Notes under the pieces: model-generated
Told to the model about the DNA's origin: nothing
Seen by the model: the letters and a program-made list of their open reading frames with translations, nothing else
Databases searched by the model: none
Made by a program: the position numbers and the translations under genes
Assembly: GCA_031291995.1 (NCBI GenBank)
Contig: JARLHZ010000010.1
Location: 37,155 to 101,154 of the forward strand
Origin: Candidatus Doudnabacteria bacterium
Lineage (GTDB): Bacteria > Patescibacteriota > Doudnabacteria > UBA920
Length of the DNA stretch: 64,000 bases
Direction of reading: 5' to 3'
Part shown: in pieces, positions 1-8,363 of the stretch
How the letters are laid out: each line of letters starts with the position of its first letter
Position numbering within the stretch: the stretch's first letter is position 1

Positions 1-873
1 TTAGGCTATCGCTTAGAGCGCTGGTGCGCGGCAACATTACAGCGTCCCGATCCGCAAATTATTTGGCAATGTTCCCTGCCCGTGGAAGAATGGAACAAAG
101 CTTGGGCGATTTTTGAATCGCCGAGCGGCAGTGAAAAGGGGCGATGGGAAATTAAACAGGCGCTACCGCATCCCTGGATAGTCAAATTTGGCGAGGTTCA
201 ATTTCAACTCAAACTCTCCCCGTTCAAACACACCGGCTTGTTTGCCGAACAGGCGGCAAACTGGGAATGGATGCTGGCAAAAATTTCAAATGGCAAATTT
301 CAAATTCCAAGCGACGGGTCTTCGGCATCAAATAGTTCCTCCGCAGATGGAAACAATAGAGTGCTAAAAATATTAAACTTATTCGCTTACACCGGCGGCA
401 CGACAATGGTCCTGGCCAAAGCCGGGTGCCAGGTTACCCACGTTGACGCTTCCAAGCCGGCGATTACCTGGGCAAACGAAAACCACAAGCTTAACAATTT
501 GCCAGCCGATTCGGTCCGCTGGATTTTGGATGATGCCGTTAAATTCGTTAAACGCGAATTAAAGCGAGGCGCCAAATACGACGGAATAATTATGGATCCG
601 CCGGCCTTTGGCCATTCGCCCACGGGCAAAACCTGGAAGTTTAACGACGACTTGCCGGGACTGCTCTCCGACTGCGTGGAATTATTGTCGGATGATGCAA
701 AATTTTTAGTTGTAAACGGCTACGCGACAAACTCTTCGGCTTTGGCATTAAATAACCTGCTGGAAGATTCTATATCATCCAAACACGGAAAAATTGAGTT
801 TGGCGAACTTTGTTTAAAACAAAAATCCGGCAGACTCCTGTCCACCGGAATATTCTCTCGTTGGTCAAAATAA
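1..873 (+). CDS. Class I SAM-dependent rRNA methyltransferase, RlmI/RlmK-like C-terminal catalytic part; 5' end truncated by the window edge (frame open back to position 1; the track ORF starts at GTG 82)
   Basis: Motifs LFAYTGG (SAM-binding motif I) and DPPAFG (motif IV DPPxF) typical of the RlmI/YccW m5C methyltransferases; no stop codon upstream in frame. Confidence 0.6.
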   Translation, partial: LGYRLERWCAATLQRPDPQIIWQCSLPVEEWNKAWAIFESPSGSEKGRWEIKQALPHPWIVKFGEVQFQLKLSPFKHTGLFAEQAANWEWMLAKISNGKFQIPSDGSSASNSSSADGNNRVLKILNLFAYTGGTTMVLAKAGCQVTHVDASKPAITWANENHKLNNLPADSVRWILDDAVKFVKRELKRGAKYDGIIMDPPAFGHSPTGKTWKFNDDLPGLLSDCVELLSDDAKFLVVNGYATNSSALALNNLLEDSISSKHGKIEFGELCLKQKSGRLLSTGIFSRWSK

Positions 874-996
874 CTTTTACCGGCAACTGTTTTTACTAAC
901 TACGAATCAGTACGAATATACTAATGAAAGTGCTCAAATCATAAGCATAAGATTAGTATATTAATAACCAATTAGTAGTTAGTAAAGGCAGTTTTT

Positions 997-1380
997 TTAT
1001 TTCTTCGGCTCCAGGTACTCCATAACCTTGCCATAAAGCTCATCCATGCTCATACTGCCTTTTATCCAGTATTCTTTGACGCCCTGATCCAAAAGCATCT
1101 GTTTTAATTCGGGCTTGTCCAAATTAGTCAGCGCGATAACCGGGACGTTCTCCAGGCGCGGGTCGCTTTTTATATAATCTAAAATACCGGAACTGCCGTC
1201 TTCCTTGGTTAACAGCAAATCGAGCAGAATAATATCCGGCGTCGCCGTTTGTAGAACCTGTTTGGCTTCTTCCGGCGTACCCACGGCGTAAACTTCGCTT
1301 TCCCAACTGTCAAAGCGCTGTTTTAACGTATTCAAAATAAGTTGGTCGTCATCGACGATTAAAATTGTGTGTTTACCCAT
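997..1380 (-). CDS. Stand-alone response regulator receiver domain (CheY-like)
   Basis: ILIVDDD ... D ... K pattern of the REC domain; 127 aa with no output domain. Confidence 0.75.
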   Translation of the reverse strand: MGKHTILIVDDDQLILNTLKQRFDSWESEVYAVGTPEEAKQVLQTATPDIILLDLLLTKEDGSSGILDYIKSDPRLENVPVIALTNLDKPELKQMLLDQGVKEYWIKGSMSMDELYGKVMEYLEPKK

Positions 1381-1417
1381 ATTTTTCCGGCGTCGCTCAT
1401 GGCAATCCTTTTAAAAA

Positions 1418-1972
1418 TTAAATTTCGTTGGGATCGGCGACAGCCCGTCCCAAAATAATTAAAAAAACCAATGGGGCGACCAGCCAAATAAAATCCGCCG
1501 GTCCGGAAAGGAAAATCAGGGTAATCAGGTCGGAAAAAGTTTTACCGCTGACCGCGAGGTAGCTTAAAATAGTGTTAATTAGCAGGCCGACCTGCAATAC
1601 GGCAAAAACGATGGCAAACGGAATGGCGGTAAAATGCCGGCCATCCGCCGAAGTCCGAAATGCGTACCGCGACAGCAGCACAAATAAAATTACAAAAATT
1701 ATCAGGAAACTGACCAATTGCTGGATGCTCGACAAAGTATTGGGCAGCGCCTGGCCGACGCTGTTACCCAGCCACGGCGCTTGTAGCACGAACAGTTTGG
1801 CAATATACAGACTCATGAGCAGGCTGATAATTCTGCCCCGTCCGGCCGAAAAAGCGTAAAAAATACTGGCCACCGCCCAAAACAGCAGAATAAACAAATC
1901 CCAGCTGGGCGTATGCCAGTTAAAGTTATGTATTATTTGATTGGCCCCGTCGACTGTTATTATGGCTAACAT
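1418..1972 (-). CDS. Integral membrane protein, possibly CvpA-like
   Basis: Four or more hydrophobic helices; weak resemblance to the colicin V production protein family. Confidence 0.3.
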   Translation of the reverse strand: MLAIITVDGANQIIHNFNWHTPSWDLFILLFWAVASIFYAFSAGRGRIISLLMSLYIAKLFVLQAPWLGNSVGQALPNTLSSIQQLVSFLIIFVILFVLLSRYAFRTSADGRHFTAIPFAIVFAVLQVGLLINTILSYLAVSGKTFSDLITLIFLSGPADFIWLVAPLVFLIILGRAVADPNEI

Positions 1973-2027
1973 TTTTATTTTAGCTTAAGCTCTACTATTA
2001 TAGCACATATCGATAATGAACCCTTAT

Positions 2028-2534
2028 TTAAGCTAAATTATCGTTATTGCCTCCATTTTTACCGTTTTCCGACTGCCAAATTTTATCCAGCTCGATTTTT
2101 AAACCGTTCATTTGCTGATGAATCGAACTTACCTGTTCCCGCACTCCGGCCATGCGATCATCTTCCGTCCTGACTTCTTTTTCCGTTTTTTCGGCGATTT
2201 TCTTTTCGCCTTTAAGGCCGGAAATTATTATTTCGTTTCCAATAAAGTTCGAGACAAACACTCCGGTCATCAGCAATAGTACACTGCCAATAATAAACGA
2301 CAGCGGACCGTCCCACCAGGCGCCCAGGTTTAAATCGACGCTGGACTGGGCCACAGTCGCTCCCGCGGTCAAAAACCCCATAATGTAATCCATGGTATGC
2401 CACACACCCCGCCAAAAAATTACCACCCCAATTCCGCCCGTAAAAGCATAAGCAATAGGGTAATGGCTCAAAAACCTGCGCACATGGTCTTCCAACCTAT
2501 CACCGGCATCATACAAAGTTTTATAAATTGACAT
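2028..2534 (-). CDS. Hypothetical membrane protein with a C-terminal coiled-coil or charged tail
   Basis: Two TM helices followed by a K/E-rich segment. Confidence 0.35.
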   Translation of the reverse strand: MSIYKTLYDAGDRLEDHVRRFLSHYPIAYAFTGGIGVVIFWRGVWHTMDYIMGFLTAGATVAQSSVDLNLGAWWDGPLSFIIGSVLLLMTGVFVSNFIGNEIIISGLKGEKKIAEKTEKEVRTEDDRMAGVREQVSSIHQQMNGLKIELDKIWQSENGKNGGNNDNLA

Positions 2535-2548
2535 AAATTATTTATTAA

Positions 2549-3301
2549 TTATTTTTCTGCGGGACAAAAGTCCCAAATTAATTTAAACCAGGTGCGATAA
2601 GTTTCAGCCAACTGCGGGTGCTTCATAACAAAAATTGTTACGTTTTCACCAACATTGCCAATATCCACGCTGGTAAAGGTGACAATATAGTCGCCGAACA
2701 TATCCGTCACTCCGGGCGTCGGATATTTTTTCGGCAAAAATTTATATTCGCCGCCAACATCTTTTATAGCCTGCGGGATTTTTTCTTTTACCCGATAATC
2801 GTAAAGGGTAAAATATTTTTTATTTTTCCGTTTCATGGCCGCCTGAAAATCTTGCAAATACTGCCTGTCGATGCTGGGTGTAAACCATAAAACCTTGGCT
2901 CCCAAAAAATAAGTATCTTCGGCCACCCGCGCCATATCGCGCATATAGTTTTTGTAGCCTTCCAAGCCTTTGTAAATATACGCGGCTTCTTGTAACGGTG
3001 TGCTTTGATAAAGTTTGTTCAATTCCGGTAAAATGTTCGTTAGTTTCCTTTCTTTTTCTTCCAAAACCTCGGCCAATTTATTTGGAGTTACCGCGCGAAA
3101 CTGATGTTCCCCTTTTTGAAAAATCCGAAAAACCAAACCTTTTTCCACCAACCGGTTTAGCGCGTCATAAACATTGCGGCGATGCACACTGGCCTTAAGC
3201 GAAATTTCCGCCACGCCAATCTCCCCGGCGCTCAACAGCGTCTCATAAATTTTAGCCTCATTTGGGCTAAGCCCAATTTCTTCAAAAACTTCGGAGTACA
3301 T
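2549..3301 (-). CDS. TrmB-family HTH transcriptional regulator; start reassigned to the internal Met (MYSEVFEEIGL)
   Basis: N-terminal winged HTH (GLSPNEAKIYETLL ... EISLKASVHRRNVYDALNRLVEKGLV) typical of the TrmB sugar-regulator family; the first 37 codons of the track ORF read through a palindromic non-coding element. Confidence 0.6.
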   Translation of the reverse strand: MYSEVFEEIGLSPNEAKIYETLLSAGEIGVAEISLKASVHRRNVYDALNRLVEKGLVFRIFQKGEHQFRAVTPNKLAEVLEEKERKLTNILPELNKLYQSTPLQEAAYIYKGLEGYKNYMRDMARVAEDTYFLGAKVLWFTPSIDRQYLQDFQAAMKRKNKKYFTLYDYRVKEKIPQAIKDVGGEYKFLPKKYPTPGVTDMFGDYIVTFTSVDIGNVGENVTIFVMKHPQLAETYRTWFKLIWDFCPAEK

Positions 3302-3306
3302 AATTT

Positions 3307-3417
3307 CTCCAGTTGTGTCATCCCGACCGAGGAGTGCATCCGACGAGTGGAGGGATCCCTTAAATCTAACTAAGGGATTCCTCGGCCAGAGGGCAAAGCC
3401 TCGGAATGACACAAGAA
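3307..3417. repeat. Nested inverted-repeat (palindromic) element: tgtcatcccgaccgagg ... gggatcccttaaatctaactaagggattcc ... cctcggaatgaca
   Basis: Read directly; shares the ggaatgaca / cccttaaa motifs with elements at 10380-10442 and 56742. Confidence 0.6.
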
Positions 3418-3540
3418 TAAAGGTTATTTATCTTATGGTGGCATTTACCACCCTATGGTGCTCTTGGCCACTCATTAAATATAGTTTATGCTATTTGGTC
3501 ACCATTGTCAACTTGATCATGGGACAAGAAGGGAGGAAAT

Positions 3541-4167
3541 ATGGAAGTAATAGTTGGGTTAAAGCTTTTGGCATTACAAGCGGTAATGGCGGGGTTTCAA
3601 AGGATGTACCACTACCACTCTCAGCCTCTTTGGGTTGAATCGGTAGAGGTGGTTTCGTCCGAAAAAATCGAAGGCAAAGATAATTGGAACGGGAAGAAAT
3701 ATGTCTTTGCTATTTCAGCTCTTTCCCGGAACAGAATCGACTCATGCCGGGCTGAAATTTCTGTGGTCAAAAAACCCGCTCCTCAGGACTTCACCGTGGG
3801 GTTGGCAGGATGGTGCCGTAGCCCTGTCGACGTATTATATGTCAATGGCTTTGCCGACAGCTGGCAAGAAATGAATATATCGGTGTTCAGCTCCGACAAC
3901 CCCAATAGCCTGGAAATCGATTCCGAACGTCGACTGCCGTTGACGATATATGAGTTTCCCGTCGCCGAATTGGAACAGCGCGTCAATCAAAGGGTGCAAG
4001 TAAGGCTAAAAGATTGGCACTATGTTGAAGGATCGCTTAACTACTACGGGCCCGGCGCGACCAGACAAGGGGACAACTTCGTCATCATCGACGGCGGCCA
4101 AAGCACTTCGGTTCACATATCAGAAATTGCTCAAGCCTGGGCAGTGGATCGCAGACGACAATTTTGA
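3541..4167 (+). CDS. Hypothetical protein within a GC-rich island
   Basis: Long ORF in a locally GC-rich stretch; no recognisable motif. Confidence 0.4.
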   Translation: MEVIVGLKLLALQAVMAGFQRMYHYHSQPLWVESVEVVSSEKIEGKDNWNGKKYVFAISALSRNRIDSCRAEISVVKKPAPQDFTVGLAGWCRSPVDVLYVNGFADSWQEMNISVFSSDNPNSLEIDSERRLPLTIYEFPVAELEQRVNQRVQVRLKDWHYVEGSLNYYGPGATRQGDNFVIIDGGQSTSVHISEIAQAWAVDRRRQF

Positions 4168-4210
4168 ACTTAAAAATCGCCTTTTGTGATGTGATTAGGA
4201 GAAATTACAA

Positions 4211-4792
4211 ATGAAAATGCGTTACGCATTGATCTACGTGGCGGTCGTAATCATCGGTTGGTTCGTGCCGATTGCGATTACCGGCCAATCAGCACTTAAC
4301 AGCACCGCCGTGACGGCGGTGACAATCACAGCGTTACTGGCTTCGCTCTTGGTAAAGTTCGCGGCATTCGACCGCGCGGAGCGCTGGAACCAATGGGTTG
4401 TGCTGTATGTGCCCATTATGCTCCTGGCTTTCCTGATGGGCGTAGCCATAAAAGACAAAGACACCCTGAGCTGCATCCAGCTTGGAATCGGCTCGCTCAT
4501 CCACGTGGCTTTCTGGCTGTCGTCCTGCGAGTCCGACAGCCTGCGCCTGAGCGAATTCCGGGCGAGCAACGGCGCCGGCATGCCGCACACCAACGATTTG
4601 CTGTTCTCGCTGTTCCTGAACGAACATCGCGGCGCGGCGTCAAACATCGTCAAAAGCCTCGGCAAAGGCTTTCCGGTGAAACTAAAGGAAATTGCGGCAT
4701 TGCTGCCAAATCTTTCCGAGGAGTTCATCGGGGAAGTCCGAAAGGAAATCGAAATCTACCAAAGGAGGAAGCACGGCAAAATATTGCAATAA
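4211..4792 (+). CDS. Hypothetical membrane-anchored protein (2-3 N-terminal TM helices plus a soluble C-terminal domain) within the GC-rich island
   Basis: Hydrophobic N-terminus; several overlapping long ORFs in other frames indicate high GC; RBS-like ggaga upstream. Confidence 0.45.
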   Translation: MKMRYALIYVAVVIIGWFVPIAITGQSALNSTAVTAVTITALLASLLVKFAAFDRAERWNQWVVLYVPIMLLAFLMGVAIKDKDTLSCIQLGIGSLIHVAFWLSSCESDSLRLSEFRASNGAGMPHTNDLLFSLFLNEHRGAASNIVKSLGKGFPVKLKEIAALLPNLSEEFIGEVRKEIEIYQRRKHGKILQ

Positions 4793-4802
4793 ACTATCAA
4801 AA

Positions 4803-4850
4803 AGGCGACGGATGGCTCATACCACCGTCGCCTTTGATTTTGTATAATTT
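4803..4850 (+). terminator. Rho-independent terminator (ggcgacgg ... ccgtcgcc followed by a T-run)
   Basis: Perfect 8-bp GC stem followed by tttgattttgtataatttt. Confidence 0.7.
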
Positions 4851-4897
4851 TATTTCGTTCAAGTAGCTCTTTACCGCCTTGGGCGTGAGCTCCGTTT

Positions 4898-5176
4898 TCA
4901 TTTGCGGACATGCTTACTTTTCTTGTATTTTTTTACCGATTCATGTAAAAAATCCACCATTTCTTTATGAGTATCAAACGGGCCATAAACTCTGCCGGCT
5001 CTAACATCTGCCAGACCCTCGGCAATTCCCTTGTCGACTAAATTTTTAGCCCTTAAAGTAATTTCACCTTTGTTGACGGTGGCTTCAAAAATATCGCCAA
5101 TGTTCACACCGGCTTTTTTTCTTAAAGCGACCGGCAGGGTGATTTGGTATTTTGTTTTAACTTTAACTAGTTCCAT
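4898..5176 (-). CDS. AbrB/MazE/SpoVT-family DNA-binding protein (antitoxin-like), likely starting at the internal Met MELVKVK
   Basis: ITLPVALRKKAGVNIGD swapped-hairpin motif. Confidence 0.55.
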   Translation of the reverse strand: MELVKVKTKYQITLPVALRKKAGVNIGDIFEATVNKGEITLRAKNLVDKGIAEGLADVRAGRVYGPFDTHKEMVDFLHESVKKYKKSKHVRK

Positions 5177-5242
5177 ATGATTACAAAATGTTAGAAAGTT
5201 AGACTTTCTTACATTATAAACCAAAATGACATTCTGTCAAAC

Positions 5243-5281
5243 TTCTAAATAAAAGCGGCGACGGCGCAAATCTGCCGTCGC
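5243..5281 (-). terminator. Rho-independent terminator downstream of hicAB (gcggcgacggcg ... ccgtcgc hairpin plus U-run on the minus strand)
   Basis: Hairpin followed on the minus strand by ttttatttag. Confidence 0.65.
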
Positions 5282-5307
5282 TTTCGATTGCCCAACCTAA
5301 TAAAATT

Positions 5308-5535
5308 TTATAAATTATTTAAAAAATCTTCCCGGTCAATTTCCGCTTCCCTTAAAATTGCTCTGAGCAATCCTCTGCCAATGTCTTCACCACGATGATC
5401 CGGTACGACTGTCGTACGACCATCGGGATGCGCAAAAAATCGATGAGAACCTGACTGGCGAATCTCGATGAACCCGAACATTTTTAAAGCGCGAATAACA
5501 TCGCGCGCTTTAAACATGGGCAAACGGGCAGACAT
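5308..5535 (-). CDS. hicA: HicA-family mRNA interferase toxin
   Basis: 75 aa; ...QSGSHRFFAHPDGRTTVVPDHRGEDIGRGLLRAILREAEI matches the YcfA/HicA fold; 4-nt gap to the upstream hicB. Confidence 0.75.
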   Translation of the reverse strand: MSARLPMFKARDVIRALKMFGFIEIRQSGSHRFFAHPDGRTTVVPDHRGEDIGRGLLRAILREAEIDREDFLNNL

Positions 5536-5538
5536 AAA

Positions 5539-5847
5539 TTACAAAGTTACCATTTCCATAGCTATAAAGCTGGGCTGATGGGACAAACCCAAAATTTTAT
5601 TCCTGTATGCAGAATTTTTTTTTGCAACCTCCAAACATAATTTTATGGCCTCTTTGATTCGCTTACGCAACTCGGTCAATGTTTTAGCCTGTGTATGACA
5701 ACCTGGCAATGTTGGTACCGAAGCTATAAAAAATCCATCCTCATCCTGTTCAATAATTACCGCGTAATTATTTTCCAAACGCGTTGAATAACCGACCATT
5801 TTTTCTCTAACCTTATTGGCGGGATAAATTTTAGATCTTTTCTTCAT
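5539..5847 (-). CDS. hicB: HicB-family antitoxin (may start at the internal Met at 5799)
   Basis: YAVIIEQDEDGFFIASVPTLPGCHTQAKTLTELRKRIKEAI is the HicB/UPF0150 RNase-H-like fold. Confidence 0.7.
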   Translation of the reverse strand: MKKRSKIYPANKVREKMVGYSTRLENNYAVIIEQDEDGFFIASVPTLPGCHTQAKTLTELRKRIKEAIKLCLEVAKKNSAYRNKILGLSHQPSFIAMEMVTL

Positions 5848-5895
5848 AAAAGACAGCTTAAATATCGGCTTGCATAAGTATTATATCATGAAAAT

Positions 5896-7071
5896 CTAAA
5901 AACTATCCTTAATGCTGTTCCAAAGACTTTCGTCTATATTTACCGTCTCTCCCCGTTCGTCGGCCAATTGTTTGAGCAGTTCTTTCTCCTTTTTGGAAAG
6001 TTTGGCCGGGGTGACGACGCGGACGGTAATTAACAGGTCGCCGCGGCGGTCGGGATTATCAATATTCGGGACGCCGTGGTTTTTAACTTTCAGCACCGTT
6101 CCGCTTTGTGTCCCGGCTGGAATTTTTAGTTCAATATCGCTGTCCAAAGTTTTAACAATCAATTTGGCGCCCAGCGCGGCCTGCGTAAAACCAACCGGCA
6201 ATTCCCTGAGCAGATTAATGCCGTCGCGGACAAAATCCTTGCCGGGTTTTACGCGAATGGACAAATACAAATCACCGGCTTCACTGCCGCGGTAACCGGC
6301 TTCGCCTTCGCCGCTTATGCGTACCCGCTGGCCGTTGTCTATACCGGCCGGAATTTTTACCATTATTGTTTTTTCCTGCCGCAAACTTCCAGACCCGCCG
6401 CAGGTTTTGCAGGGTTGTTCCGGAACCTTACCAGTGCCTTCACAGCGGTCGCAGGTTACACGGCTCTGGACCTGGCCAAAAATAGTGCTGCGGTTTGTGA
6501 CAATATTTCCCTGCCCGTGGCATTTGGGGCAGGTGTTAATTTTAGTGCCCGGCTGTCCGCCGCTGCCTCCACAGGTTTTACATTTGTCCTTTTTTTCCAG
6601 TGTAACGGTTTTCTCCGCGCCGAATACGGCTTCCTCAAAAGTTATTGTTAATCCCATTTCCAAATCAATTCCCCGCGTCCTGCGGCTCTGCCTCTGCTGC
6701 CCCCCGAACATCCCGCCAAAAATATCGCCCAAATCAAATTCTATACCGCCTTCGCCAAATCCGCCAAAACCTTCTCCAAATGGGGATCCTGCCGTTCGAT
6801 AACCGCCAAACGGACTTCCCTGGCCTTGATAGTTAAAGCCGCCGCCATTCCTGGCGGCCTGGTCAAAAGTCTGGCCATACTGATCGTATTGCTGCTTCTT
6901 TTCCGCGTTGCCCAAAACCTGGTAAGCCTCGTTGATTTCTTTGAATTTTTCCGCGTTGCCATTACCTTTGTCCGGATGGAACTCGTGGGCTTTTTTTCGG
7001 TAAGCGCGTTTGATTTCGTCCGCCGAAGAGCCTTTGGAAACGCCTAAAATGTCATAGTAATTTATTGCCAT
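5896..7071 (-). CDS. dnaJ: Chaperone DnaJ
   Basis: J-domain with HPD (YYDILGV ... HPDK), G/F-rich region and four CxxCxGxG zinc-finger repeats. Confidence 0.95.
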   Translation of the reverse strand: MAINYYDILGVSKGSSADEIKRAYRKKAHEFHPDKGNGNAEKFKEINEAYQVLGNAEKKQQYDQYGQTFDQAARNGGGFNYQGQGSPFGGYRTAGSPFGEGFGGFGEGGIEFDLGDIFGGMFGGQQRQSRRTRGIDLEMGLTITFEEAVFGAEKTVTLEKKDKCKTCGGSGGQPGTKINTCPKCHGQGNIVTNRSTIFGQVQSRVTCDRCEGTGKVPEQPCKTCGGSGSLRQEKTIMVKIPAGIDNGQRVRISGEGEAGYRGSEAGDLYLSIRVKPGKDFVRDGINLLRELPVGFTQAALGAKLIVKTLDSDIELKIPAGTQSGTVLKVKNHGVPNIDNPDRRGDLLITVRVVTPAKLSKKEKELLKQLADERGETVNIDESLWNSIKDSF

Positions 7072-7109
7072 AGCTAGATTGACATCATTTAAAAAATTTA
7101 AAAGACTGA

Positions 7110-7160
7110 CATGATTGGGTCGGCATTCTTGTCAATCTTGCTCAATCCTGTCAATTTTGT
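7110..7160. promoter_or_regulatory. Cluster of TTGACAA-like repeats (ttgtcaatcttgctcaatcctgtcaattttgtcaat) upstream of dnaJ
   Basis: Three or four tandem copies of attgacaa / attgagca on the coding strand of dnaJ; similar clusters at 37388-37450 and 56645-56815. Confidence 0.5.
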
Positions 7161-7168
7161 CAATTTCC

Positions 7169-7465
7169 TCATTCTGTTCTAAACCCAATCTTGTGCTCGG
7201 GTTGTTCGGACATTTTAATTTGGCCGAACTGCTTTTCGTAATTTTTCAAATTCTCTTCCATAGCCGCGACCACCCGCTTCATATGACCGGGCGACAAAAT
7301 AACGCGGGCGGAAATAATCCCGGAGGGCGGAAAAATATTCATAAAATCCAAAATAAATTCCTCGGGGCCGTGGCCAACCTGTACCATATTGGCATACACG
7401 CCCTTTAGCACCTCATCGGAAATTTTTACCTGGATTTGCTGTCCTTGGTCTTTTTGTTGATCCAT
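7169..7465 (-). CDS. DUF3467-family protein
   Basis: GVYANMVQVGHGPEEFILDF motif characteristic of DUF3467. Confidence 0.55.
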   Translation of the reverse strand: MDQQKDQGQQIQVKISDEVLKGVYANMVQVGHGPEEFILDFMNIFPPSGIISARVILSPGHMKRVVAAMEENLKNYEKQFGQIKMSEQPEHKIGFRTE

Positions 7466-7560
7466 AAAATTGAATTTCTACGAAGTACAAACAAATGTGA
7501 ACTCATGAACAAAGGAGTTTCTCTTCGTAAGTTCGTAAAATTTCGTACTTCGTAAACTGT

Positions 7561-8304
7561 TTAATATTGCGATTTTAGCTGCGAAATTTTAAGCTGTTCG
7601 GCGGGGCAAAAATCCTGTGATATGTATAAACCGAATGCCTCAAACGGCTGGCCATTTTGCCCGATCTGAGTATCCATAACACAGCTGTTATCTGTGGATT
7701 GGGTCTTTAACCCGATCTGGATGCCAAAATTCTGAAGCAGCGAAGATAAAATATAATTATTTAATTGCTGCGGCTCGGAGCGCAAAAAATCCATATAAGC
7801 AGATACGGAGATGGCCGTTCCCGACTCCAAGTATGTAGTCGACATTTCCTGGTCGGCCCTGGGGCTGTAATCCTGTAAAAAATAAACGTAAAATTTACTT
7901 CCCCCTCCCGGCACACGCGTGTCGGAACCGATTCTGGCCGCGTTAAGCGTCGTTAAAGGAACCGTACTGTCGCTCACCGAACCCCCGTCGACAACCTGGG
8001 CGGTCCGGCCGGTATATTTACTTACCAGCGACGCAAAGGCGTTCAGCGGGCTGACATCAACATCCAGCGTATCCGGCTTGAACCACACTATATAAATGGG
8101 GCCGGCTGCTTTAAAATATTCCGCCCTGGCATCTCCCGGTTTATGAAACCCAAATAGTGACCGCAATACCGGATATTGGCCTATGGTATACCTGGTCGAT
8201 TGGTTAAACTGGCTGTCCGGACTGCCCTTGGCCTGCAATTTGACGTAAAAGAACGCCCCTCCCGCCAAAAGCAGTATAATAAAGAAAAACGCTTTCCAGC
8301 TCAT
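7561..8304 (-). CDS. Hypothetical membrane-anchored or secreted protein
   Basis: N-terminal TM/signal anchor (FFFIILLLAGGAFFYV); no recognisable domain. Confidence 0.4.
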   Translation of the reverse strand: MSWKAFFFIILLLAGGAFFYVKLQAKGSPDSQFNQSTRYTIGQYPVLRSLFGFHKPGDARAEYFKAAGPIYIVWFKPDTLDVDVSPLNAFASLVSKYTGRTAQVVDGGSVSDSTVPLTTLNAARIGSDTRVPGGGSKFYVYFLQDYSPRADQEMSTTYLESGTAISVSAYMDFLRSEPQQLNNYILSSLLQNFGIQIGLKTQSTDNSCVMDTQIGQNGQPFEAFGLYISQDFCPAEQLKISQLKSQY

Positions 8305-8363
8305 AATTTTTATTTTACTTATAAGGTACCGGATATTATATACCCGGTACCTTATAGTTTATA

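Noticed and set aside
2549-3412. Full-length 287-aa version of the TrmB-like ORF
   Set aside because: The first 37 codons read through the palindromic element at 3307-3417. The internal Met (MYSEVFEEIGL) directly precedes the HTH and is the more plausible start.
4234-4866. Long overlapping ORFs in three other frames (4234-4728 -, 4334-4627 -, 4393-4866 +)
   Set aside because: Artefacts of locally high GC content overlapping the better-supported plus-strand gene at 4211-4792; no independent support.
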